From Lytechinus pictus (lineage: Eukaryota), in NCBI RefSeq assembly GCF_037042905.1, contig NC_087251.1, positions 48,610,001 through 48,674,000 of the forward strand: a stretch of 64,000 nucleotides of DNA, written 5' to 3'. The notes beneath the pieces were generated by a model. That model did no database searches. It saw nothing but the letters and a program-made list of their open reading frames with translations, and was not told the origin of the DNA. Made by a program: the position numbers and the translations under genes. This document shows, one piece after another, positions 1 through 13,000 of the stretch; the stretch's first letter is position 1, and the number at the start of each line of letters is the position of its first letter.

Positions 1-74
1 ATGTGTTGTCTTGGCAGCAATTGCTCCATGCTCAAAATTCTTACAAATTAAATAAAATGTATGACATATCACAG

Positions 75-180
75 GTGGGCTGTTAAAGCCTTAGAGAATT
101 GGGGGACGGCTTATGGCAAAGATGGTGACCCCATATTGTCTGGGAACAGTTTCCAAAGGCTTGTCAGGAAATCTCTCAAG
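75..180 (+). CDS. Possible exon of a neighbouring convergent gene
   Basis: CAG|...AAG|GTAAAA; open frame WAVKALENWGTAYGKDGDPILSGNSFQRLVRKSLK; richer in GC than its flanks. Weak acceptor tract and no recognisable motif. Confidence 0.3.
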
Positions 181-1278
181 GTAAAAGAATGTCATTACTC
201 TGAGTTGTACTAAAAAAATGTTTGCATTTTGAAATACAAGGTTTTAACAGTGCACTGACATTACAACTAATAGATGGGCAAAATAAAATTCCTCACCTAA
301 AATGAACTAATATGTATCCTAATCTAATTGTTCCTTGATGAGATTTGTGCAATAGTAAAAAAAAAAGGAAAAAAGACATAAATATACATCCATTCATGAT
401 TGCACCTCGGTTATATTATTACAAAGGTTAAGCAACAAAAAAGTACATGTACCTAGCCCTAATTGTACCAAGGTAAAACATTGTCAAATAATCAGATATG
501 TGTTGCCATAACATTATGCTAGATAAACAAAAGCAGCTCCTAAGTTGGTATACATACATAACTTTTCTTTAGAGTTGTAGTACAACTTGGTAGTAGAAAC
601 TAGAATGGAAACCAGTTGTGATGAGTACAAACAAAAATAAAGAGGACATGTATATCATGTCCACCAAAGTTTGCTGACAGCAACAGTATCACAGGTCTAT
701 CTGAAACTGTAAAGTATCTCATTGATTCTATGATGAATCATCTTTTAATTCCATGGAATTTTTCAAATACATGTACATTGTAGAAACAATGGTTGAAAAT
801 GTTGGCATAAAATAACATTTTCAATGTGATGAAAGTAAAATTCATTTATATTTCATAATAAAAACATTTGAATGCACAGAAATCTACTAATGTTTATTAT
901 TATTATGTCACATCAAAACTATTTTAAAATTAATCAAAAGTTGATGAAATATACGCTGTTGAATAATTGGGGATGGGGTAGGTGTTTCACAAAGATTTAT
1001 ATTTTCATCTGTGTGTGAGGCATCACTGCATTGGTCAATCATGCTAAGAGGATGTATGCTATTGCAGCATGAATCAATAAGATTGCAGGGGGGGGGGGGA
1101 TTTCACAAAGATTTAAGAATGACTTAAGTCGTACTTTATCAATGTTGACGCATACATGATATGCAACGCGCAATCTCATTGATAGATACGCAGTAGTGCG
1201 CGTCATCATGACACGATCTGACCAATGCAGTCAAGCCTTTCAAACCTTACGCACCTCGGTATTTAAGAGTGACTCTAA

Positions 1279-2528
1279 GGCCCGTATTCTGAAGTCGGGT
1301 TTAACTTAAACTCAGGTTTAAAGTTGTGGTTTAAGTATGGGAAGCCAAAAGTATCAAATTTTTTTATCAAGTTGTACGTTTCTTATGTTTACTCTGCTCT
1401 TTCCTGATTCATCGATGGTGAAGACAATCATCTATTTATACTTCCTAGATAATTATGAATGAATTAAGTGCCAAATGAGCTGAAATATGATATCTCTACT
1501 GTTAGTGATTTATGTAACAATTGGCCATCCATACTTAAACCACAACTTTAAACCTGAGTTTAAGGACATTCCACAGTTAAAGTGAAATCCATGTCATTTT
1601 CACCAAACTTTGCCCATAGATACTTTAGAACCTTAATATTCGAAATATGCAAAAATTAACATAGGTCCATGTGCTTGATTTTTTGCTATAGAGCTTCAAA
1701 GTTCACCCAAATTGATGTTCTTAAGAATTGCGCATTCAAAAGAATTTGGCATTTTTAGACCGCCCAAGATTACTACAATGAGTTTAAACCTGTATTACTC
1801 AGTCAAAATACATGAAAAAGTCATCAAATTTCGCAAGAGAGTTAATAATTGTATCGTTAGAATGGAGAATATATTAATAGTGCTAATTGTTTGAAATTTT
1901 AAGTTTAACAGCACTGTCAGTTCTTAAAAATGGCGTAAAAGATAACAAAATCCCAATAAAAAAAATGTAAAATTTCAGTAACAAACTACAAACGTACAAT
2001 AAATGCTGCACTTTATTCAAAATCCATGTCATTTTCACCAAAATTTGCAGAGTTGTAGAGGAAGGTATACCTAAGAGGTACAAACATTAAAAAATAGGGG
2101 TTCATGTGCTTGTTTTTAAACTATCAGCATTTTTATTAGAGCAAATGTGCTTTTTAAAACACCAAAAATGGGCCGAATGCTTAGTATCTATGTGAAGAAA
2201 AAATCAAAACCACTCTACCATTTATTCAAACTCGGGCTAATATTCGTGATTCTTGGCAGCACTGCAGAGTAAAGTATTTTGAAATTGTAGAGAATATTTT
2301 TTTGAATGGTCCATGGAATAATTCATTTTTTTAGCTTCATGAAATAACGCAGCAGATCTGCAGTTAAAGTGCAGAAGATGAGAAAAATCAGCTCATAACC
2401 GCAGCTAATTAATCACCTGTTCATCCATTGTGACGTCAGCGCGCAGTGTTAAATATGCGCAGATCATAATGCGCACAAACATAACTGTGGAACGTCCTTA
2501 ACTTAAACCCGACTTCAGAATACGGGCC
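1279..2528. mobile_element. PIF/Harbinger (Tourist)-like MITE interrupted by the 1564-2497 element
   Basis: TAA|GGCCCGTATTCTGAAGTCGGGTTTAA...TTAAACCCGACTTCAGAATACGGGCC|TAA; 3-bp TAA TSD. Confidence 0.78.
1564..2497. mobile_element. Kolobok-like non-autonomous element (934 bp)
   Basis: TTAA|GGACATTCCACAGTTA...TAACTGTGGAACGTCC|TTAA, inserted in the right TIR of the element at 1279. Confidence 0.78.
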
Positions 2529-2800
2529 TAAGTCATTAAGTCATACTCACATCTTTGTGAAACGCCCCCCTGGTTATATATTATTGATCATAACTCTAAG
2601 TCACACTTAACTCTTTGTGAAACATCGCCCAGGTTATGATAGTGTGTCCAAGTTGACCAAATTTAATTACCTTCTCACTTATGTACTGGATATGAATATT
2701 GCACTAGTTTTCAAGATAATACTTTTTTTTTCTGATTTCAGTCATTTTCAGAGACAACATAGTAGTGGATTCATAATCTAAAGCAAACAATGTCATTTAT

Positions 2801-3095
2801 CAGGGGCCTGTTTCATAAAGACTTAAAACTATGTTATCTTTGCTATTATTGTAACTCCCACAGAAACCTTGATTGTGATTGGCTGCTGAGCCCTGTTACC
2901 ACGGTAAATGGCATATTAATTGCAAAGATACCCTAATTTTAAAGTCTTTATGTGACAGGCCCAAGAACCTGGGGACTATTTCATGAAATTGTGAGCACTG
3001 ACAAGTTGTCTTTCCCCGACAATTACCATAGCCAATCAAAACCAAGGATTTCACTGAAGTTGTCAGTGCTGACAACTTTCATGAAACACCCCCTG
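2801..3095. mobile_element. Two adjacent short MITEs (related short copies at about 3683-3795 and 19459-19617)
   Basis: GGGCCTGTTTCATAAAGACTT / AAGTCTTTATGTGACAGGCCC and GGGGACTATTTCATGAAA / TTTCATGAAACACCCC inverted termini. Confidence 0.55.
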
Positions 3096-3926
3096 AAATT
3101 AACCAATCAAAAATAGTCAACTTTACATTTGATATACCAATGATTTATATTGAAATGAACAATCATAATTGCAAAAGTATGAACACAAAAGTACAAATTA
3201 CAATTTCCAAAAATCTATTTAAACAACACTATACAAGGAATCTATTTTTTTCTGTGAAATCTAATAAATCACCTCTAATTTGGTTTTAAACATATTTATT
3301 CCAATGCTCTCCCAGTATTCATGTTATCTAATAAAAGTCCCGAGACCCCATAGCTAAAATCTACAATAAAGTATATATCAATTTTGCATGGATGCTGGTA
3401 AAGATTTACAAAATTGCAAAGTAAATCAATGATTCAAAGCAATGATAATGCAAAAAGCTTTACCAAAAACTATCAACAAGTTGTTTATCTTGACTAGATT
3501 TTACTGTAGTAATTTTCACTACGCCATACCACTAACCAAATAAAACTTCAAATTTACTCCAAGGTACACTGTTTCACAATTTACAGAAATACAATGTTTT
3601 GATTGGCTATGATGACCGATAAGGCATTGTTCTTGTCAGTGTGAAATATCAAGAATTACACTTCCAGGGTGAATGAAGGATGGGGGGCATTTTATCAATT
3701 TACAAATTTGCTCTCGGAGAATCAGTTGCAAGCATTTCAGTAGCTTGTAACATTCTTTAAAGATCATCGACAAGACACTTGATAAAATGCTCACCAGCAC
3801 TCGACCCATGTATCATTCAAGGTGATTTGTCAAAATAGAAATTCTCTGAAATAAAAAGGAATAATACATGTAGAAGAAAAAAAAAGAAAAAAAAAAACAA
3901 CAAAGAAATGATTTTTTCCTCACGGT

Positions 3927-4061
3927 CTAGCACACACAAGATGAAGTCTCTAGTCTGTAGTCCCATCTATTGCCCCAGAATCCAGCACACTCGTAACCAC
4001 CGGGTCCCTTAGCTCTGAAGTCAGGTCCTGTTATAACATAGTCTGGCACCATGTTGGAAAA
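3927..4061 (-). CDS. hydrolase gene exon 28 (terminal coding exon)
   Basis: FSNMVPDYVITGPDFRAKGPGGYECAGFWGNRWDYRLETSSCVC* (TAG at 3927-3929). Confidence 0.88.
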   Translation of the reverse strand, partial: FSNMVPDYVITGPDFRAKGPGGYECAGFWGNRWDYRLETSSCVC

Positions 4062-7000
4062 CTAGGGTCCGAAGTTGAGAGAAAAAACTTGTTAAATTGA
4101 TTGACAATGAAAGCTTAATATCTTACACATGATTTTATTCAGCCTTTTGGCTGGGACTCATGTTTTAATAAACTTTTTTTTAATCTGAACTGAACTTATA
4201 TAGTTCTTAGATTTCAATATGATGTGTAAACCCAAATATTTCATCTTACTTTCAGGATGTAGAGATGTGCACTTAAAACGAAACTGAGCTATATATTTTC
4301 TCCATACGATACCTTTCTATAATCACAATTTTAGAATTTAATGAATTTTCATGCAAAAAACAAAATAATTTTTACCAAGTACCTACATGCTAAATGTACA
4401 TAAAGGTATATTAAATCAAACAAGAACAAACTAACTTCAGCAGCTAGCTTTATGTTTTAATCACCAAACACCTCTGATTGGAGCTTGATTGATCACCACT
4501 TTGTTTACTTTGATTATTCCTGGACAGGTGATCCACAATTGAATGCTTTAATAGTAATAATAATAATATTCCACATTTATATAGCGCTTAACACATCGGA
4601 ACGACGTCTCTAAGCGCTTTACAGATATATTATTACCCCGGTCATCGGATCCTTGCATGCCCGCATACAATGTATGCACCTTCTCCACTCCCTGGGGAGT
4701 ATTCCAACAAGAGTTCTAAGACTCAATTGCTAGGCATACTACATAGGCTTTCGCATCCTACCTTTTATAGTTCTTTTCAACTTGATTCTTTTGTGCCACT
4801 GGTCTAGATTTCATTGTTAAAGGGTTGGTCCGGGCTGAAAGTATTTATAGCTTAATAAATAGAGTAGAATTCACTGAGCAAAATGCCAAAAATTTCATAA
4901 AAATCGGATAACAAATAACAAAGTTATTGAATTTTAAAGTTTAGCAATATTTTGTGAAAAAAGTCGTCATGAATATTCATTAGGTGGGCTGATGATGTCA
5001 CATCTCCACTTGTTCTTTTGTATTTTATTATATGAAATTAGGTTTATTCAAATTTTGTCCCCCAAGAATTAGAAAAATTGGATTGACAACTCATTTAGTG
5101 CATTAGATATTTAATGCTGCAACTTATTTCATTATAAGGGAGACATATTATTCACACAAGTATGAAATAATAAAAAAATTATGATTTTATGTAATAACAT
5201 AAGAAAACGGAAGGTGGAGATGTGCCATCATCAGCCCACCTAATGAATATTCATGACGACTGTTTTCACAAAATATTGCTAAACTTTAAAATTCAATAAC
5301 TTTATTATTTGTTATCCAATTTTGATGAAATTTTCGGCATTTTGCTCAGTGAATTCTACTCTATGTATTAAGATATAAATATTTTCAGCCCGGACCATCC
5401 CTTTAAGTAGCAGTCAAGAATTCAATCATGTTCTTTTATTCAGCAGAGGAATGCTTAACTTTTTTTCTGCTATTATTATTACTACATGTTTTATCCACCA
5501 AGCACAACAGCAATTAAAGCATTAGAGAGACCTCATTACCAATAAGCATGCTTCACTGCACTCTGTAGAAAGTTTTTACCTCGTGTGCCATTCTACTAGT
5601 CATCGTTGTTTTACCTCAACTCAGCAAGAAGCTGTTAAACACCTTAGGATTATATATTGGATTATCAGCAGTCACCATTGGTACGTGACCTCCATATTCT
5701 TATTTGGAAATATATTATGCATTTTTAATGTTAACAGACATTGCACCATCAGGCTCCAGATGATATTTGAATGTACCTTGATATTATTCAATTCCAGTTA
5801 CATTTAGACATCTCTGCATTGAGCAAGCAAAGGCTGGTGAGTTCATTTATATTTGTCTTTGTAACAGGCCCCAATTTACATTTGGGCATTCCGTAAAATA
5901 ATAAAGAAAATTTGTCCATCCGACCCCCATTTTTTTCTACAGTTTTACTTCACTTCATAAACTGACCAAGTCATGGTCATTTGAGAGCACTGCAGACTGT
6001 CAAAAGAACTAGAAATCAGAGAAAGAAAATTTCATGAAGGTATCACATACATGGTGTCGGATGTACATATTCTATGGAAATGCCCATTTTTTAATTTACT
6101 TTATTTGGTCAATTTTTACAACGATCAACATGTCTGTATAATAAGAAACAGGTTTATATGAAAAAACAAGGCATTTCAAGATTAATTTGATATTTGATTT
6201 GAAATATGGAATGTAAAAAGTATGGTGCCTACATAAAAAAAAAAGCTTGTCGGAAATTAGGTTCCCACTCGTATTTCAAATAATTAAAACTTCAAAATCT
6301 TATTAAGTAATACATTTTTAACTGCATACTACAACATGTTTTGATAATCAACACATTTAAATCAACATTACATGTATGTTGAATAACAGTGCATCTTGAA
6401 AAGTCAGAGAACTAGTCCATGAGTCAAACGTTCATCTGGAAATTTAAAAAAAATGGTAAATGGAAAAGGTGATATAAAATGAGATAAAGGATTATTGGCA
6501 GATTATCTAACAAGTAATACTTACAGGTGATCTTGTCATTGGAGGAATGGTGGGACTGGCTAGTCTCATGATGTCTTCTAAACCTTGTAATGAGTTGCCC
6601 ATTAGTACGAGGGCAAGTAATCCCTTTCGTTGAGGGGCCAGGAAGAGTGCTCCTGTCCGAGGGTCTGAAAACTGGCATCTCCCCAAAGATAGCCCTGAAG
6701 ATAAATTTGAAATGAGAAAGAACTTTATGAGTTTGTGGTTTGGTTGTGATTCGAATCTCTTCATCAGAGGGTCATGGGTTTGATTGCCAGCCATGGCATC
6801 AATTTCCTTGAACTTGAAAATTTATTCACATTGTACTGCACTCAAACCCCTTAAATTAAACTGGTACTAGTTCAATCAAAGCTCTGCCCGTATTATCATA
6901 AATTGGTAATCTGTATCCTTACCATTTTCACTGATGCGAAGTTGTGGTAGTCGCTCTATAAATTGCTGCGCCCAGGCATTATGTCCTGGCCCACCGATAA

Positions 7001-10000
7001 TAATGAGATTGTGTGAAGCCGCCATCTCAACTGTCACGGATGCATCTTCAATCACCGTGGCAACAGTATCAGAGGTCAAGAAGAATAAGTTGGCCAGGTA
7101 GACAGCTAGATGTAGAAGGGTGGCACTGGATTTATCAGAAGCAGTACCTAGGTATTATCATACAAATATTTCAAAACTTTAAAATCAAACAAATGACATG
7201 GAATTGCAGTTAACCTTAATTTTGAAAGGTCTTTAAAATTATCAACTTTTAGATAAATTTTCATCCATTCATAGATCTAGTTATAGGAAATTCTGATACT
7301 GTTTAAGCAGATCAAACAATGTGACGTAACGACATGCAAAGCGTAAAATATTGAGTAATGAGTATTCATTTGAGAATTTCAAGACTGTATATCAATATCA
7401 AGTATGTTTCGACAAACAAACATCAATTCAATCATTCATTGTTAAATTTTGACCCTGTAATGTTGTTGTTGTAAATTTGCTCTAAAGCTATTCAAATATT
7501 ATCATTATCATTATCCTGTAGGCCTACAGTCAGTACTAAAATATTTGTTCTTCATGAAATAAAAATAGGACACATGTACACATAAGACTGGAAATTTCTG
7601 TATGTTCTGAAACAAAGTATGATAATACTTGTCCCCGGCCCCAGGAGCAGGATATTTTCAAGGGAGTGGTAGGGAGACGGTGGGAGGGGGGGGGGGGGGC
7701 AAGACAAACCAAAGGGGACATTTTATCTCAATTATATCACGGAGATAATATTGAGGTACACAACTCAGATCTCTTTTTTATAACTCTTCTTTCTCCCTGA
7801 ACTTTTTTCTTCTTGTGCTTTTTTTTTTTTTTTTTTTTTTTAACTACCAGGTAATTTAAAAATCATGGAGGGGGGGGGGATGGTTACCCTGTGGTATTGG
7901 AATGGGTAGCAGTAATGCAGACAGGTCTAGTTGATATGGTAGATTATTTGACTAAATCCTGATGAAAACTGTAGAGTGAATGTTCTTCAACTAACAAAAA
8001 TATATTCAAATCAATTAATTGAAACACTTTTGTATTATCATCAATTCATGGAGGAAAAAATATGAAAAAAATGAAGAGAAAACATAAAATAAACATAACA
8101 AATAAGAGTTTACTAACAGACCTGTGACGATCAGAAACTCTCTTTCTGCTACCTTTCTTGCTGGTCCATAAGTAGCATAATCTCTTTCATCATCCTTCAA
8201 TGCATCATCAGTGCAAACAAGCCAGGAACCTGTTGTATTTATGAATAGATATTCACTTGCAATCTATTCGACAGCATTTCAGGGGGGGGGGGGCAAATTT
8301 AATTACAAGTTTAAAAACAAGTGCAAATGCAGTAAAACCTGTCTTTGTGGCCTCCTGTCTGTAACAAAAACCTGCTTGAGTGGCCATAAAAAGTATTTCC
8401 CCATTTCAGAGGATTATGTTTTAAAGAACCAGTCTATAAAGGCAACCTGTCTACTGTGGGCACTTTTTCTATTTCCCTCGGATGGCCAGGTTTGACCACA
8501 TAAAATGCCATTTATCTGTATTATTATTATTATTATTATTACTTATTATTTGTACTGTGCTTTTCCCATTAGGCCCAAAGCACTTACAATGAATTAATTA
8601 AATGTAATATTTTAAAAACTACAAAGTACGAAAGAGATGAGTTTTTAATGACTTTTTGAAAATTGCTAATGTTGGAGACTGTCTAATTATTAGTGGCAGG
8701 TCGTTCCAGGATTTTGAAGCCGACACCGTAAAAGTTCTGTCACCAGCTAATGTACGAGTTAATGAATATGTGAGGCAAAGGTGATCACTGGCCGACCTAA
8801 GTGCTCTTGTTGGTGTATACAGATTCAAGCAGTTACTTAAATACTGTATTGTAAAAAAACATGATTCAATTGTAGAATGGTTTATGATAGTTCATCATAT
8901 TTTGCTTAAGATTATTTAAATACTGTGTTCAATGTTATGTTTCCTTTTTCCTTATCTATAGCTGCATGACTTGTGGATTGTATCAACTTGAATACATGCA
9001 ATAAATACATTCTGTTTTCAAATGCAGTACAGAAAAGGTGTTCAAATTGTAATTTCAAGAAATATTTCATTAAAAAAATTGGATTCTATGCATAAAATGT
9101 TTCCTTCCTTAAAATGGGATGCTTAACTGACTTCCTAATGACCATGCATCACCTGCATCTGTTTTGCAAAAATGGGTAGCATTTTCTTTGACCATCATTC
9201 CGTGCTCCTCATCTGTGTTCAATAAAATACCATCAATCTGGAGAAAACAAACACATGTATAACATTTCTTAGGGGTCTTTTTATCATGATTTTTTTTTAA
9301 AGAAAATAAAAATCAACTTTCAAATATTTTCTATTCTATTATTATGGTTTTTTCATAATTCATTTTTTCTCCTTGGGAGGGGGAAGGGTAAGCTGAAATA
9401 TCAACTATTTAAATGACACTCAATAAATACTTCTACATAAAACAATAAACACTGAATAATGTAATGAATAATAAAATACTTTCAAGATTTCATATTTCAA
9501 AGTCTCTATTTTCTGTCCATTTCTAAATGATGTGCATGAATCAGACCTAGGGGTCTATGAACCAGGCAATTATACAATCTGGACTTGGTCTAGACAACTG
9601 ATTCATATCAATCTCAACTAAAGAAAAGAGGTGAAAATTGATTTCAATCTTTTCCAAAGTTTATGGCCCGAATTCACAAAGGTGGTTTTGAAAACCCATG
9701 GTTTAATCCATGGTTTATGCAGATAACATGTGTAAATTACGCTTAATTTAGCACGTATCGGGCACGTGTTTAAAAATGTCCAATGCTGATGTGCGCTTTT
9801 GTCAAATTGTGCCAAATTGACACCTGTTACAATGGTTAGATACGCTATTTTATTCATGAGTCCACTGTTTGAAGAGTGGACTCATTAATCAAAACAGTGG
9901 ACTCATGAATAAAATAGCGTGGATAACCACGGCAACAGGCGTCAATTCGGCGCACTGCAACAAAAAAACGAGCATCAGGATTGGACATTTGTTAATGTAC

Positions 10001-13000
10001 GCGGTAAAGAAGCGTAATTTATTCAGGAAATCTGCATAAACTATGGGTTCAACTGAGGGTTTTAAAAACAACCTTTTTGAATTCAGGCCAATATGTCAGG
10101 CCCTAGTAATACCCTAATCCTGAAGGAAAGTAATGCTCTAAACCAAATGAGCAAATATCAGTTAATACAGCTGGGTGGTATTTACCATCAAACCTTTCAC
10201 TACTTAAATCTTAGATTTCTACGACAACTCATCTGGTAGGTAATAACATGGTAGTATTTCAGCACCTTATAAAAGTACCTTTTAAAGTTAGACTTGCATA
10301 AGTTGACCTTGGCCCAAGCCAAAGCAATTTTTTTGACATTATTAAGCAATATGCTATAAACCTCTAACGTTGAATTTCTCCTTTGTAGTAGAACAGTTTT
10401 CTGTGTTCCCAAAATATTCAACTAAAGCAGAGTTACATGTATCTAACAATTTATACAAGTATTGTGAAACAAGGCCATTTACTTTTAGTGAACTTATGTT
10501 CCTCCAATTATAAGGAATATGACCAAGAGCTGTGATTGAAAATCTTTCCACATTTCTTGTAGTAAGCTCAGCTTTACCATTTGAAAGAGCCATCTAAAAA
10601 AAGTGAAGATAACAAAAAATAAATTTAACTTATATGGTGATTGGGAGAAAAAAATTAAGGAAAAATGTAAAAAGCATGTGATTGCATTGCCAATATTAAT
10701 GAGCAAAGGATAAACAGTTTTTAAATTCATAAACTTGTACACTGTAAAAGGGGAGGGGGAATCTCAATCATAGACTATTACATCCAACCCCTCTATGCAG
10801 TACTTTCCCAAATGATTGCCTCATGATTTGAATCTGATTTAAGTTCATATGAAAAGATGCATATTCTTGACTTTAGTTCACAGAAAAAATAAAGAGGATA
10901 AAATTTTGACTATTGTACATTATCAATTGTAGATTTATTTAGTGGTTTTGCACCAGCTAAGCTTATTAATTATGATGCTAATCAATGACACTACAAAAGA
11001 TTTTGATACTGAATAAATGCTGAGAGTCAAAAAGATATGCTGGACTTACTGACGAGTGCCATGATGGTGTGGTGTCTCAATGATTTTCTCTGTTCTATCA
11101 GCCCATCCATCCACCAACCTTACTGGTACTGGTTCTAAATGGAACCGACTGCTTTACCAACCTAACTCCTCTAAGACCTCTCCCTAGGGTGGGACTTCAT
11201 TATTTACTTGGTGTATCATCCCCCCCTCACTACCCATCCATCCACCCACCTTACTGGTACTGGTTCTAAATGGAACCGACTGCTGCACCACCCTAACTCC
11301 TCTAAGACCTCTCCCTAGGGTGGGACTTCATAATTTACTTGGTGTATCATCCCCCCCCCCCTCACTACCCATCCATCCACCAACCTTACTGGTACTGCTT
11401 CTAAATGGAACCGACTGCTGCACCACCCTAACTCCTCTAAGACCTCTCCCTAGGGTGGGACTTCATAATTTACTTGGTGTATCATCCCCCCCCCCCTCAC
11501 TACCCATCCATCCACCAACCTTACTGGTACTGCTTCTAAATGGAACCGACTGCTGCACCACCCTAACTCCTCTAAGACCTCTCCCTAGGGTGGGACTTCA
11601 TAATTTACTTGGTGTATCATCCCCCCCCCTCACTACCCATCCATCCACCAACCTTACTGGTACTGGTTCTAAATGGAACCGACTGCTGCACCACCCTAAC
11701 TCCTCTAAGACCTCTCCCTAGGGTGGGACTTCATAATTTACTTGGTGTATCATCCCCCCCCTCACTACCCATCCATCCACCAACCTTACTGGTACTGGTT
11801 CTAAATGGAACCGACTGCTGCACCACCCTAACTCCTCTAAGACCTCTCCCTAGGGTGGGACTTCATAATTTACTTGGTGTATCATCCCCCCCCCCCCTCA
11901 CTACCCATCCATCCACCAACCTTACTGGTACTGGTTCTAAATGGAACCGACTGCTGCACCACCCTAACTCCTCTAAGACCTCTCCCTAGGGTGGGACTTC
12001 ATAATTTACTTGGTGTATCATCCCCCCCCCCCTCACTACCCATCCATCCACCCACCTTACTGGTACTGGTTCTAAATGGAACCGACTGCTGCACCACCCT
12101 AACTCCTCTAAGACCTCTCCCTAGGGTGGGACTTCATAATTTACTTGGTGTATCATTCTCCCCCTCCCTCACTACCCATCCATCCACCAACCTTACTGGT
12201 ACTTGTTCTAAATGGTACCGACTGCTTTACCACCCTAACTCCTCTAAGACCTCTCCCTAGGGTGGGACTTCATTATTTACTTGGTGTATCATTCCCCCCC
12301 CCCCTCACTACCCATCCATCCACCAACCTTACTGGTACTTGTTCTAAATGGTACCGACTGCTTTACCACCCTAACTCCTCTAAGACCTCTCCCTAGGGTG
12401 GGACTTCATAATTTACTTGGTGTATCAATCCCCCCCCCCCTCTCACTACCCATCCATCCACCAACCTTACTGGTACTGGTTCTAAATGGAACCGACTGCT
12501 TTACCACCCTAACTCCTCTAAGACCTCTCCCTAGGGTGGGACTTCATAATTTACTTGGTGTATCATTCCCCCCCCCCCCCCTCACTACCCATCCATCCAC
12601 CAACCTTACTGGTACTGGTTCTAAATGGAACCGACTGCTTTACCACCCTAACTCCTCTAAGACCTCTCCCTAGGGTGGGACTTCATTATTTACTTGGTGT
12701 ATCAATCCCCCCCCCCCCTCTCACTACCCATCCATCCACCAACTTTACTGGTACTGGTTCTAAATGGAACCGACTGCTTTACCACCCTAACTCCTCTAAG
12801 ACCTCTCCCTAGGGTGGGAATTCATTATTTACTTGGTGTATCATTCCCCCCCCCTCACTACCCATCCATCCACCAACCTTACTGGTACTTCTTCTAAATG
12901 GAACCGACTGCTTTACCACCCTAACTCCTCTAAGACCTCTCCCTAGGGTGGGACTTCATAATTTACTTGGGGTATCATCCCCCCCTCACTACCCATCCAT

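Larger units (their letters stand above)
980..2630. mobile_element. Two nested copies of one small MITE family (about 980-2630 outer, about 1088-2570 inner, opposite orientations)
   Basis: TTTCACAAAGA at about 985 and 1101 pairs with TCTTTGTGAAA at about 2552 and 2612. ACTGCATTGGTCA (about 1025) is the reverse complement of TGACCAATGCAGT (about 1219). Confidence 0.6.

Noticed and set aside
11320..12897. Series of Pro/Leu-rich plus-strand ORFs
   Set aside because: They are antisense translations of the minisatellite, with frames flipping at variable poly-C tracts.
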